This document shows, one piece after another, positions 53,021 through 62,187 of a stretch of 64,000 bases of DNA. The position numbers and the translations under genes are program-made. How positions within the stretch are numbered: the stretch's first letter is position 1; every line of letters begins with the position of its first letter. The notes under the pieces are model-generated. The model was not told the DNA's origin and ran no database searches. It was given only the letters and a program-made list of their open reading frames with translations. The DNA comes from Campylobacterales bacterium (GTDB taxonomy: Bacteria; Campylobacterota; Campylobacteria; Campylobacterales; Sulfurimonadaceae), in contig JBBRBK010000004.1 of the NCBI GenBank assembly GCA_038205935.1, positions 1 to 64,000 on the forward strand, in the 5' to 3' direction.

Positions 53021-53929
53021 TTGAGTTTTATTGAAACAAAAGAGAGAAATCTTTTTATTGCGAGTTATCTTAATTACAATCTAGAAAGTTTCATATTTAA
53101 AGAAAAAGAGTTTTATTTTCTAATTATCAATAATGAAATTGGACAATCGCTTACATCCCTTGTTGAAATTAGTGAAGTATATATTACATCTGATTTTTTA
53201 GATTTTTTAGATGATTTAGTAAAAAATAAAGATTATAAAAGTATAAATTTTAGACTTACTCCATCATTAAATATACCAAATAGTGACGTTATTAAAGAGC
53301 TTTTACTAAGAAACTATAATTCTTACCTCTCTTTCACTTCACTGAAATTACTTACCTTAAGTGAAAATGCTATTTTTTCAGGCCTTAGAAAAAGTCTTAG
53401 GCTCTCCATTAAAAAAGAAATGAAACGGGTAAATGTAAAATTTTATGATAGTACATCCAATGAAGATCATTTATTTTCAGATTGGATTATTCTTTATTCT
53501 TTTGCCATTAACAGAGGAAATCGCAAACTAAGTGATGAAGCAATCGCCATTATGGACAATACTATCAAAAACAATATGGGATTTGTAGTTTTGGCTTATG
53601 AAAATGGAATCCCTTTGGGAGCAGTACTCTTTAACTACTATAAAGGTTTTGCTTATTATTCAGCAGCAGCAAATTCCAGAAGCATTGAGGAACAAAACGA
53701 TAGATATATTGCACATTTCCTTATATGGCAAGGAATAAAAAAATTAAAAGAACTTGGTTGTCATATTTTAGAGATTGGTCCATTAGATTTTGATAGCAAA
53801 CCATCTGCTTCAACAGACTTAAAATTATTAAACATTACAAAATTTAAGCTTAGTTTTAAGGGCAATATTGTTCCTGTCTTTAATTTTACAAAATCACTAT
53901 TTTCTATACAAACAAATCAATCAATTTAA
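53021..53929 (+). CDS. FemAB/GNAT-fold protein
   Basis: RKSLR..IKK, AYYSAA, HFLIWQGIKKLKELG..LEIG, KFKLSF C-terminal pattern; start uncertain. Confidence 0.7.
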   Translation: MSFIETKERNLFIASYLNYNLESFIFKEKEFYFLIINNEIGQSLTSLVEISEVYITSDFLDFLDDLVKNKDYKSINFRLTPSLNIPNSDVIKELLLRNYNSYLSFTSLKLLTLSENAIFSGLRKSLRLSIKKEMKRVNVKFYDSTSNEDHLFSDWIILYSFAINRGNRKLSDEAIAIMDNTIKNNMGFVVLAYENGIPLGAVLFNYYKGFAYYSAAANSRSIEEQNDRYIAHFLIWQGIKKLKELGCHILEIGPLDFDSKPSASTDLKLLNITKFKLSFKGNIVPVFNFTKSLFSIQTNQSI

Positions 53930-53943
53930 ATTAGGAGTTGAAA

Positions 53944-54585
53944 ATGAATTTAAATGAAATAAATAAGAATGCCCTTGAGATATATAATAAATCTATAGAC
54001 AAATTTGGAGCGGATACTTTTGGTGCCGTTCATTGGGGAGATGAACAAAAGGCACTTTATCGATATCAACTGATACATAAACATATACTCAACGACAGTG
54101 AAGTTTCTGTTTTGGATGTTGGTTGTGGAAATGGTGGATTATTTAAATTTCTTAATTTTAGCGGCTTTAGAGGAAAATATACAGGTTATGATATTAATGA
54201 AGACTTAATAAAGTCTGCCAAACAAACATATAGCGGAGTTGCAGACTCTTTTCATGTCATAGATATCTTAAATGATAAAATAAATGAAACATTTGATTAC
54301 GTTGTTGTAAGCGGCCTCTTTAACAGTAATTACGGACAAAATTTAGAATGGGTGCACGCCTTTGTAAAAAAACTCCACAAGCTTTCAAATAAAAAAGTAA
54401 TTTTTAATGCCATTTCAACATATACAAATTTTAAAGAAGATTCTATGTATTATATCAATCCACTTGAGATAACTGATTTTATTATAAATCATATCTCCAA
54501 AGAGGTTATTTTAGAGCATGGTCAACTCCCATACAATTTTCAAATTGTTATTAGTAAAGATAGACCTTGGGAATCAATTTCATAA
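53944..54585 (+). CDS. Class I SAM-dependent methyltransferase
   Basis: SVLDVGCGNG, YTGYDIN, FDYVVVSGLFN. Confidence 0.85.
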   Translation: MNLNEINKNALEIYNKSIDKFGADTFGAVHWGDEQKALYRYQLIHKHILNDSEVSVLDVGCGNGGLFKFLNFSGFRGKYTGYDINEDLIKSAKQTYSGVADSFHVIDILNDKINETFDYVVVSGLFNSNYGQNLEWVHAFVKKLHKLSNKKVIFNAISTYTNFKEDSMYYINPLEITDFIINHISKEVILEHGQLPYNFQIVISKDRPWESIS

Positions 54586-54596
54586 CTTTTTCGCGA

Positions 54597-54611
54597 TGGA
54601 ATGATTGTTGC
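54597..54611 (+). promoter_or_regulatory. Sigma54 (-24/-12) promoter upstream of the methylase remnant and maf
   Basis: TGGAAT-GATTG-TTGC. Confidence 0.55.
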
Positions 54612-54644
54612 TAATTTTATATAAATTTCTTAGTGGATATAAAT

Positions 54645-54797
54645 ATGCATAAATACAAAACTAAGCAAGAATCATTTTGGGCGGTGGCGGTGATGAATCC
54701 AGATTTAGTGCTCGTAGATTCTGGTTTTATATATCACAGGGACCCTATGTTTATACAAGGAGATCTTACTTGGTTCTTAATGGAAAAGAGATCATAA
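54645..54797 (+). pseudogene. Internally deleted remnant of a pseudaminic-acid-biosynthesis-associated methylase
   Basis: 50-aa ORF MHKYKTKQESFWA-VAVMN-PDLVLVDSGFIYHRDPMFIQGDLTWFLMEKRS; both ends resemble the termini of that ~200-aa family (recognised from memory). Confidence 0.65.
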
Positions 54798-54798
54798 A

Positions 54799-56793
54799 AT
54801 GAATGACATAGAACAACAAGCTTTACAAACATATCAAAAAAATTTGAATTATTTTCAAGAATATCATCCTTCTCTTTTTAAAAAAATTTCTACCTTTGAA
54901 GCAGCCATTAACCAAAGTGTATATCAAGAACATTATTCTTTAGAATATACAACAGATAAATATTTTGATATCAAAGAAGTTGAAACAAATAACTGGCTTT
55001 ACGGAATAGATAGCGAGAAACATTCCATTGAACTTCTCAATAGTGTAAATTTAAAGCGGACAGATACTGTATTTGAAGCCCAATTAAGATTTTCTATAAA
55101 AGAAGAAGAACTTGAAGAAATGGGTCAGATTGACAACTTTCATAGTTCACTATGGGCGACGGCAAACATCATCCACTATAACTCAAAAGTTGCACAAAAA
55201 AATAACTCTGAGATGAAACAACTCTATAAATTCATCTTCTTAGGCACTGGACTTGGCATTCATATTCCTAAGATTATTGAGCAATATTCTATTTACGCTG
55301 CTTTTATTTTAGAACACGACTTAGAACTTTTTCGATCTTCTTTATTTATTACTGACTATGCCGAAGCCTTTAAAAATACAAAACCTTATTTTTCAATCGC
55401 TGAAAATTATGCTGATATGCAAACAACCTTCTTAGCTTTTTTAAATAACTTCATGAATTATAATTTATATATAAAATTTTTACCTTTTAGCACAAACTAT
55501 CAAGATGACCTTAAAAGCTTAGAAAGTATCACTCTTTCTCAAGATCATATATCATATCCATATCAAGGATATATGGCACGATCATTTAAAGCAGCCAAAA
55601 AAGTTGCTAACGGTAAATGTTTTTTAAATATCTCAAAAACCTATCTATCTACTCTATTGTCTGAGAGCCCTATTCTCATTTTGGCATCGGGTCCTTCATT
55701 GCAAAAGAACATAGCATGGGTACGAAATAATAAAGAAAAATTTATAACCGTTGCTGTACTTTCCTCTTGTAAATACCTTTTAGAAAATGACATCCAACCA
55801 AATATTGTGATACATATTGATCCTCAACAAATTAGTACAAAACTTCTTGATGGCATAAATATGCAAAGCTTTGAGAACTCATTGATTGTTTTCGGCTCGA
55901 GTGTTCATGACGATCTCGTCGAACAATTTGATCCAAAAAAAGTTTTTTTCTTTGAAGAAGCAACAGATTTTAAAGTTGATCACGGTTTCTTCGCACTTCC
56001 AACTATTGGAGAATATGCTGCAATTCTTCCTTTACTTTTAGGTGCTAAAAATCTCTATCTTCTAGGTTTAGATCTTTCCCTTGATCCAACAAGTATGAAA
56101 GATCATATTGATTCACATATTAATAATAAAGAGTTTGCACATAATTCAGATGAAGAACACGTTCAATTTTCAAACTCTATCTGTTATGTGAAAGGAAATT
56201 TTTTAGAGACAGTTCCTTCAAGAGTAACATACAGACTTTCTATTACCCAATTCACCGCCGCCTTAGCTATTTATAAACAAGCCACGCACAATATTTATAA
56301 TCTTTCCAATGGCGCCTATTTGGAGCACACCACACCTCTCTTTATAGAAGCGTTCAATACAAATGATCTACAAACACTTGAGCAAAATCTGTTTCAAGAA
56401 GAACTCGGTCTCTTTTTTTCTTCTATCAGTTCATGTCAATTCAGTGATAAAGATAAAAAATATATGCAAAAACAGTTACAAGTGGCTTTAAATATTTTAA
56501 ACCAATGTAAAAAGCTTCGTAAGGTCAATGTAACAGAGATCGATACTTATCTTTTCCAAAAAATAGTCCCATTTATGGAGACAATCTGTGAAATGAATAG
56601 TGAGAAAAAATCAGATCTTGGTGAGATATTTTTTGAATATTTTAAAATAACGTCAAGTTTTATCTTTGACACCTTTAATATAAAAGATTTACAAGATGCT
56701 AAGAAGCATGTGAAATATATGGATAAGATTGTTTTAGATGCGGTTGAGAAGATAGCTTCTACATACTACAACACTATAAAAGGTTACATGTAA
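54799..56793 (+). CDS. maf: Motility-associated factor (Maf) flagellin glycosyltransferase
   Basis: YQKNL.YF, FLGTGLG.HI, ILASGPSLQKN, IQPNIV.HID, YLLGLD, YNLSNGA; adjacent to flagellin. Confidence 0.88.
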   Translation: MNDIEQQALQTYQKNLNYFQEYHPSLFKKISTFEAAINQSVYQEHYSLEYTTDKYFDIKEVETNNWLYGIDSEKHSIELLNSVNLKRTDTVFEAQLRFSIKEEELEEMGQIDNFHSSLWATANIIHYNSKVAQKNNSEMKQLYKFIFLGTGLGIHIPKIIEQYSIYAAFILEHDLELFRSSLFITDYAEAFKNTKPYFSIAENYADMQTTFLAFLNNFMNYNLYIKFLPFSTNYQDDLKSLESITLSQDHISYPYQGYMARSFKAAKKVANGKCFLNISKTYLSTLLSESPILILASGPSLQKNIAWVRNNKEKFITVAVLSSCKYLLENDIQPNIVIHIDPQQISTKLLDGINMQSFENSLIVFGSSVHDDLVEQFDPKKVFFFEEATDFKVDHGFFALPTIGEYAAILPLLLGAKNLYLLGLDLSLDPTSMKDHIDSHINNKEFAHNSDEEHVQFSNSICYVKGNFLETVPSRVTYRLSITQFTAALAIYKQATHNIYNLSNGAYLEHTTPLFIEAFNTNDLQTLEQNLFQEELGLFFSSISSCQFSDKDKKYMQKQLQVALNILNQCKKLRKVNVTEIDTYLFQKIVPFMETICEMNSEKKSDLGEIFFEYFKITSSFIFDTFNIKDLQDAKKHVKYMDKIVLDAVEKIASTYYNTIKGYM

Positions 56794-56800
56794 AGCAAAA

Positions 56801-56828
56801 AAGCCAAAGAGCAAAAACTCCTTGGCTT
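56801..56828. terminator. Bidirectional hairpin between convergent maf and flagellin
   Basis: AAGCCAAAGAG-CAAAAA-CTCCTTGGCTT with an A-run on the left (U-tract for the minus strand). Confidence 0.65.
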
Positions 56829-56862
56829 AAAAGTAGAACGTTTTCTAAAGAAACGTTTGAGA

Positions 56863-59265
56863 CTACTGAAGTAGTCTTAGAACGTTTTGTTGTACAGCAT
56901 TCGCTTGACTCATAGCATAACTTCCTGATTGTGCAAGGATGTTGTGTTTAGAGAAGTTTGCGCTCTCTGATGCAAAGTCAACGTCACGGATGCTAGATTC
57001 AGCAGCTGCCAAGTTTACTTGTGTTGTAGAGATGTTGTTGATAGTCGACGTTACTTGGTTTTGAGCAGAACCAATATTTGCACGGATACTGTCCAAGCTT
57101 GTGATCGCCGCACTTACAGTATCGATTGCTTTCATCGCACCATCAAGTGTCGTTACATCAATATTTGAAAGTGAAGAGTTTGTCGTTGTACCCATTGCCA
57201 ATGTACCTGATTTACCATCATTTGCCTTCAAAGAAGAACCATCACCCAGAGTTGAACCAGCAGTCATCGTCATATCTGCTGTCGTAACAATAGACTGCCC
57301 AGCTTTGATTGTTTCATCTTTTTTCAAAACATCACCAGCTTGATACGTAGTACCACTATTGAATGTAGCAGCAACAAGATCCTGTGTGACAGTTGTTCCA
57401 GCTTTAAGTATACTACCTGACTGAAGTGTACTTCCACTCTTGACACTCATGTCAGTAGTCAATACTGTTGCACCTGTATTCGTCGTTGTAGCTGCACCCA
57501 AAGTACTGCCTGCTGCTAAAGTAGAAGCTGCTTTAATTGTCGAGCTTGATTTTAATAGCATATCACTAGTTACCGTCATATCAGCACTCGTTATAGTAGC
57601 AGCCCCGGTAACACTACCTGCTGTTAATATCGAAGTTGCTCCCAAAGTGCTTCCCGACTTCAGTGTCATGTCTTGTGTTGTAACTACTTTCGTAAGAGAC
57701 GTAAGGTCATTACCTAAAAAACTACCAGCTTTTAATGTTGCTAAAGATGTAGCCGCAGAGTTTATCGTAGAATTTTTTGTAACTGTCATATCTTGAGACA
57801 AGACAAGAGCACCAGCCGTTGTTGAATCTATAGTAAGCGTCTCTCCCACATTGTGAACATCTGAAGCAGCATCTGTATATGCCGTCGTAACAACTGTACC
57901 GGCTTTCAAAATACTACCCGAACCCAGAGTACTTCCTGCTTTTACTAGCATATTCTCATTAGCAACTAACGACGTAGTAACAACAAAGTCCCCACCTATT
58001 GTTGTACCCTCTTTTAGTACAGAGCCACTTGCAACACTAGAACCTTTTGCTACAAGAGCATCTTGAGTAAGAGTCGTTGCAGCAATCGTGGCATTTCCAC
58101 CAACAACACTCCCTACCGCTAATGTACTTCCAGACTTCAATGTAGATCCAGCCGCAATTGTTGAGTCAGCATTAGTTGTAACATCGGCGCTTGTAGTCAA
58201 AGTAAGACCTACAGCTCCAGCACTTACATTTGAAACTTGAAAATTAGCTGCACCACTTTGAACTAAATCTAAGTGACCAACTGTTGAAAGATCTCCTGCA
58301 GTTTTACCTAAAACACTTGCTGTATTGCCAGTAACCTGGATCGCACGACCATCTGTCGATGTAAGCTTCATAGAACCATCACTATTCATTGCTGCAGATA
58401 CACCTGTTTGACTTGTTTGAGTATTGATCGCAGAGATAAGTGCCCCGCTTGAATCACCACCTTTTGTGATCACTGAACCAATATTAATACCATTGATCGC
58501 AAAATCACTTCCTGTCGTACCAGCTTGGATAATACCAGTTTGAGATCCAACAACTGCTTTTGCAGTGATACCTGTTTCTCCACTCACTTGATTGACCGCA
58601 TCTGCAAGAGCACCCATGCCATTGGCAGGATTATTGTTCATTTGGATACTTACTTTTTGAAGCTGAATATTTTGACCCGTAGTAGCACTTGTAAGGTTAA
58701 GCGCAACATCGCCACCTGTTTTGCTTGCAAGATCAAGTGTCGTACGTGTCGTAAGACCTACTTTGTTTGTTTCAGCAGAAGCAATAGAAACTTTTGCACT
58801 CTGGTTTGCATTTGCACCCATCTGGAACTCTTTGTTTGTAAACGAACCTGAAAGGAGTTGTTGACCATTGAAACTTGTAGTTTTAGCGATAGTATTTAAC
58901 TCTTTCATAAGAGAGTCAATATCTTTTTGAATTGCTTGACGAGAAGTTGAATTTTGACCATCAGAAGCAGCTTGTACCGCTTTAGTTTTGATAGTATCTA
59001 AAATATTTCCGTACTCACTTAGTGCACCATCAGCCGTCTGAAGAAGACCAATAGCATCATTACCATTAGCGATACCTTGACCAAGAGAAGAAGCTTGTGA
59101 GCGAAGTGAATCCGCAATTGTAAGACCTGAAGCATCATCTGCAGCAGTGTTAATGCGAAGACCTGAACTCAATTTCGCTAATGAAGAATTTATCTGATTA
59201 TTGTTCATAACCGCATTATTGTGAGCAGTCAATGCCGCCACGTTTGTATTAATTCTGAAACCCAT
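56863..59265 (-). CDS. flaA: Flagellin, 800 aa, with a large repetitive central domain
   Basis: MGFRINTNVAAL, LSSGLRIN.AADDASG, RANIGSAQN, AAESSIRDVDFA.ES, QNVLRLLQ; sigma28 promoter. Confidence 0.95.
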   Translation of the reverse strand: MGFRINTNVAALTAHNNAVMNNNQINSSLAKLSSGLRINTAADDASGLTIADSLRSQASSLGQGIANGNDAIGLLQTADGALSEYGNILDTIKTKAVQAASDGQNSTSRQAIQKDIDSLMKELNTIAKTTSFNGQQLLSGSFTNKEFQMGANANQSAKVSIASAETNKVGLTTRTTLDLASKTGGDVALNLTSATTGQNIQLQKVSIQMNNNPANGMGALADAVNQVSGETGITAKAVVGSQTGIIQAGTTGSDFAINGINIGSVITKGGDSSGALISAINTQTSQTGVSAAMNSDGSMKLTSTDGRAIQVTGNTASVLGKTAGDLSTVGHLDLVQSGAANFQVSNVSAGAVGLTLTTSADVTTNADSTIAAGSTLKSGSTLAVGSVVGGNATIAATTLTQDALVAKGSSVASGSVLKEGTTIGGDFVVTTSLVANENMLVKAGSTLGSGSILKAGTVVTTAYTDAASDVHNVGETLTIDSTTAGALVLSQDMTVTKNSTINSAATSLATLKAGSFLGNDLTSLTKVVTTQDMTLKSGSTLGATSILTAGSVTGAATITSADMTVTSDMLLKSSSTIKAASTLAAGSTLGAATTTNTGATVLTTDMSVKSGSTLQSGSILKAGTTVTQDLVAATFNSGTTYQAGDVLKKDETIKAGQSIVTTADMTMTAGSTLGDGSSLKANDGKSGTLAMGTTTNSSLSNIDVTTLDGAMKAIDTVSAAITSLDSIRANIGSAQNQVTSTINNISTTQVNLAAAESSIRDVDFASESANFSKHNILAQSGSYAMSQANAVQQNVLRLLQ

Positions 59266-59331
59266 TGTAAATCCTTTTAGGTAAGAGCTCTAAGCTCTTG
59301 ATAATTTTCAGCGTCCTTGCTGTTACTAACT

Positions 59332-59358
59332 ATATCGCCTTTTAAATTAAAAGCTTTA
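59332..59358 (-). promoter_or_regulatory. Sigma28 promoter of flagellin
   Basis: Minus strand TAAA-N15-GGCGATAT. Confidence 0.8.
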
Positions 59359-59439
59359 ATTTTTTTTTCAAATTATTTAATTTTTTTTTGATACACTTTC
59401 GAAATCAAAAGTAGCATACTACATATATAGGAAAACAAT

Positions 59440-61668
59440 TTGGATTTAATTATCGTCGAATCACCAGCCAAAGCAAGAACAATTAAAAACTTTTTAGGAA
59501 AAGGGTATGAGGTCATCGCCTCTAAAGGTCACATAAGAGATCTTCCAAAATCCCGCTTTGGAATCACAGTAGATGAAAAGAATGAGCTTATTCCAACGTA
59601 CAGCGTAGCAAAAGAGAACAGTGCTACCGTCAAAGAGATACAAGAGTTGGCTAAAAAAGCAGAAACTATCTATATCGCGACCGATGAGGATCGCGAGGGA
59701 GAAGCTATAGGCTGGCACATTGCTCAGGCTATCAAAAAAGATCCTGCAACGCTTCCACGGATCGTGTTTCACGAGATCACTAAAACGGCTATCACGCATG
59801 CGCTTGAAACTGCGCGTTCTATCGACATGGATCGCGTAAATGCACAGCAGACTCGTCGTTTGCTTGACCGTATCGTGGGTTATAAACTCTCTCCTCTTCT
59901 TAGTTCAAAGATACAAAAAGGGCTTTCAGCAGGACGTGTTCAGTCTTCTACATTAAAAATCATCGTAGATCGTGAACGTGAGATAAAAGCGTTTATCCCT
60001 CAAGAATACTGGACAATCGACACACTTTTCAAACCTGAAATCGAAGCAAATCTCACCTCTTACTTTGGCGAGAAGATGGATAAGCTCTCTATCACGAATG
60101 AAAAAGATGCGAAAAAGATCGTAGCTAATGTTCAAAAAGAGAAATTCATTGTCGCAGCACTTGAAACAAAACAGCGTAAAACTTCAACACCGCCACCGTT
60201 TATGACTTCGACTTTGCAACAAACGGCTTCAAGCAAACTAGGCTATTCTCCTAAGAAAACAATGATGATCGCGCAAACACTGTATGAGGGTGTAAAAACT
60301 CCTGATGGAACAAGCGGTGTCATCACTTACATGCGTACCGATTCACTCAACATGGCAAAAGAAGCAGTCGACGCAGTGCGTGAAGAGATAAGCAGAAGAT
60401 TTGGTGAGGCATACCTTCCAAAAGAGGCAAAAACTTACGATAAAAAATCAAAAGGCGCACAAGAAGCCCACGAAGCTATCCGCCCAACGATGCTCTCTTT
60501 TACTCCAGAGATCGCTACAAAATACCTTAAAGCTGATGAACTAAAACTCTACAAACTAATCTATGAAAGATTTATGGCTTGTCAGATGAACGATGCACTT
60601 TTTGAGCAACAAAGCATCACTTTTGCAAGTGATAATGTTGAGTATAGAGCCACAGGACGCAAGCTATTATTTGATGGTTTTTACAAAGTCCTTGGAACTG
60701 ATGACAAAGATAAATTACTTCCAGCACTTAAAGAGGGCGAAGCGATAGATATCAAATCCATAAGTCCACTTCAGCACTTTACTGAGCCTCCAGCTCGCTA
60801 CAATGAAGCGTCTATCATCAAAAAACTCGAAGCTGAGGGAATTGGACGTCCATCGACTTATGCGCCAACTATCTCGACTTTGACGGTTAGAACATATATA
60901 AACGTAGAGAAAAAACAGCTTATCCCAACAGAGATGGCTTTTACCGTCACAGAAATCTTAGAGAAAAACTTCAAAGAGATCGTTGATGCTTCTTTTACCG
61001 CAAATATGGAAGAGGAACTCGATGAGATCGCCGAGGGAAAAAAAGATTGGCAAAAAACTTTGCAAGATTTTTATTTTCCATTTTTGATAGAAATTGAAGC
61101 GGGAAAAGAGAATATTGTCAGTACAAAACTTGCTCAACCTACAGGTAAAAGCTGTCCAAAATGTGGCAGTGAACTCCTTCTTCGTTCTGGACGTTATGGA
61201 AACTTTATCGCATGTAGCGGTTTTCCAAAATGTAAATACACAGAACAAGTAGAAGGCGAAGAAAACACAGTAACTGAGGGCGCACCAACAACTGAAGAGA
61301 AATGTGAAAAATGTGGTAGCGATATGGTCATAAAGAATGGACGCAATGGACAATTTTTAGCTTGTAGCGGCTATCCTGAATGTAAAAACACCAAAACACT
61401 CGAAGCTGTGGCTACAAAAGAATCGGCTGTGCCTTGTCCTGAGTGTGGAGGAAAACTGCTTTTCCGTCAATCACGCAGAGGCGCATTTTGGGGATGTGAA
61501 AGCTACCCTACATGTAAGTTCATTTCCAAGTTTGAGCCATCAACGCATAAATGCGAAGAAGAAGGCTGTGGTGGCGTTTTAGCCGCACGTGTTTATAGAA
61601 ACAAAGATATTTATGAGTGTATCAAGTGTAAAAACAAAACTCCAAGAGAGAGCGAAGAACAGGCATAG
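59440..61668 (+). CDS. topA: DNA topoisomerase I with C-terminal zinc ribbons
   Basis: IVESPAKA, ATDEDREGE, SAGRVQS, ITYMRTDS, QEAHEAIRPT, GIGRPST, CPKCG repeats; TTG start. Confidence 0.97.
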   Translation: MDLIIVESPAKARTIKNFLGKGYEVIASKGHIRDLPKSRFGITVDEKNELIPTYSVAKENSATVKEIQELAKKAETIYIATDEDREGEAIGWHIAQAIKKDPATLPRIVFHEITKTAITHALETARSIDMDRVNAQQTRRLLDRIVGYKLSPLLSSKIQKGLSAGRVQSSTLKIIVDREREIKAFIPQEYWTIDTLFKPEIEANLTSYFGEKMDKLSITNEKDAKKIVANVQKEKFIVAALETKQRKTSTPPPFMTSTLQQTASSKLGYSPKKTMMIAQTLYEGVKTPDGTSGVITYMRTDSLNMAKEAVDAVREEISRRFGEAYLPKEAKTYDKKSKGAQEAHEAIRPTMLSFTPEIATKYLKADELKLYKLIYERFMACQMNDALFEQQSITFASDNVEYRATGRKLLFDGFYKVLGTDDKDKLLPALKEGEAIDIKSISPLQHFTEPPARYNEASIIKKLEAEGIGRPSTYAPTISTLTVRTYINVEKKQLIPTEMAFTVTEILEKNFKEIVDASFTANMEEELDEIAEGKKDWQKTLQDFYFPFLIEIEAGKENIVSTKLAQPTGKSCPKCGSELLLRSGRYGNFIACSGFPKCKYTEQVEGEENTVTEGAPTTEEKCEKCGSDMVIKNGRNGQFLACSGYPECKNTKTLEAVATKESAVPCPECGGKLLFRQSRRGAFWGCESYPTCKFISKFEPSTHKCEEEGCGGVLAARVYRNKDIYECIKCKNKTPRESEEQA

Positions 61669-62187
61669 ATGAAAATAGGTATTCTCTCCGACACGCATAA
61701 AAAAACAAAGCTTGCGCAAAAAGCGATCAAGCATCTTATAAAAAATGGTGCGGAGTTTTTAATACATGCGGGGGATATCGTAGAACCAGAAATTCTTGAA
61801 TTACTAAAGAATAGCGGCGTGAAATATGTGGCAGTGTATGGCAATAATGATGCGCATCTTGCAAGTTTGCACAACAACTACAATCTTGTTCAAGAACCCT
61901 ATTATTTTAAACTTGCAAATACCAGATTTAAACTGATGCACCTGCCTTTTTATATGAATCCAGATGCTGATGTAATCATTTTTGGACATACACACACCTT
62001 TGAATGTGACTTTAAAAACAATACACTTTTTTTAAATCCCGGAGAGGCATGTGCGAGAAACAAGCCTCTTACCGAGTTTGCGATGCTTGAAGTAGAAAAC
62101 AATAGTTATAAAGTAAGCTATTTTAGTAAAGATCCAAAAGAAGATGAGTTTAACGAATCTCACTTCTTTTTTGAGAGGAATTTATGA
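61669..62187 (+). CDS. YfcE-family metallophosphoesterase
   Basis: SDTH, HAGD, GNND, GHTH, LNPGE. Confidence 0.88.
   Translation: MKIGILSDTHKKTKLAQKAIKHLIKNGAEFLIHAGDIVEPEILELLKNSGVKYVAVYGNNDAHLASLHNNYNLVQEPYYFKLANTRFKLMHLPFYMNPDADVIIFGHTHTFECDFKNNTLFLNPGEACARNKPLTEFAMLEVENNSYKVSYFSKDPKEDEFNESHFFFERNL

Noticed and set aside
60326..60337. CTTACATGCGTA in topA resembles the start of a filled palindrome (copy A/B)
   Set aside because: It encodes the invariant ITYMRTDS active-site motif and is not followed by the GTGCCC hairpin.
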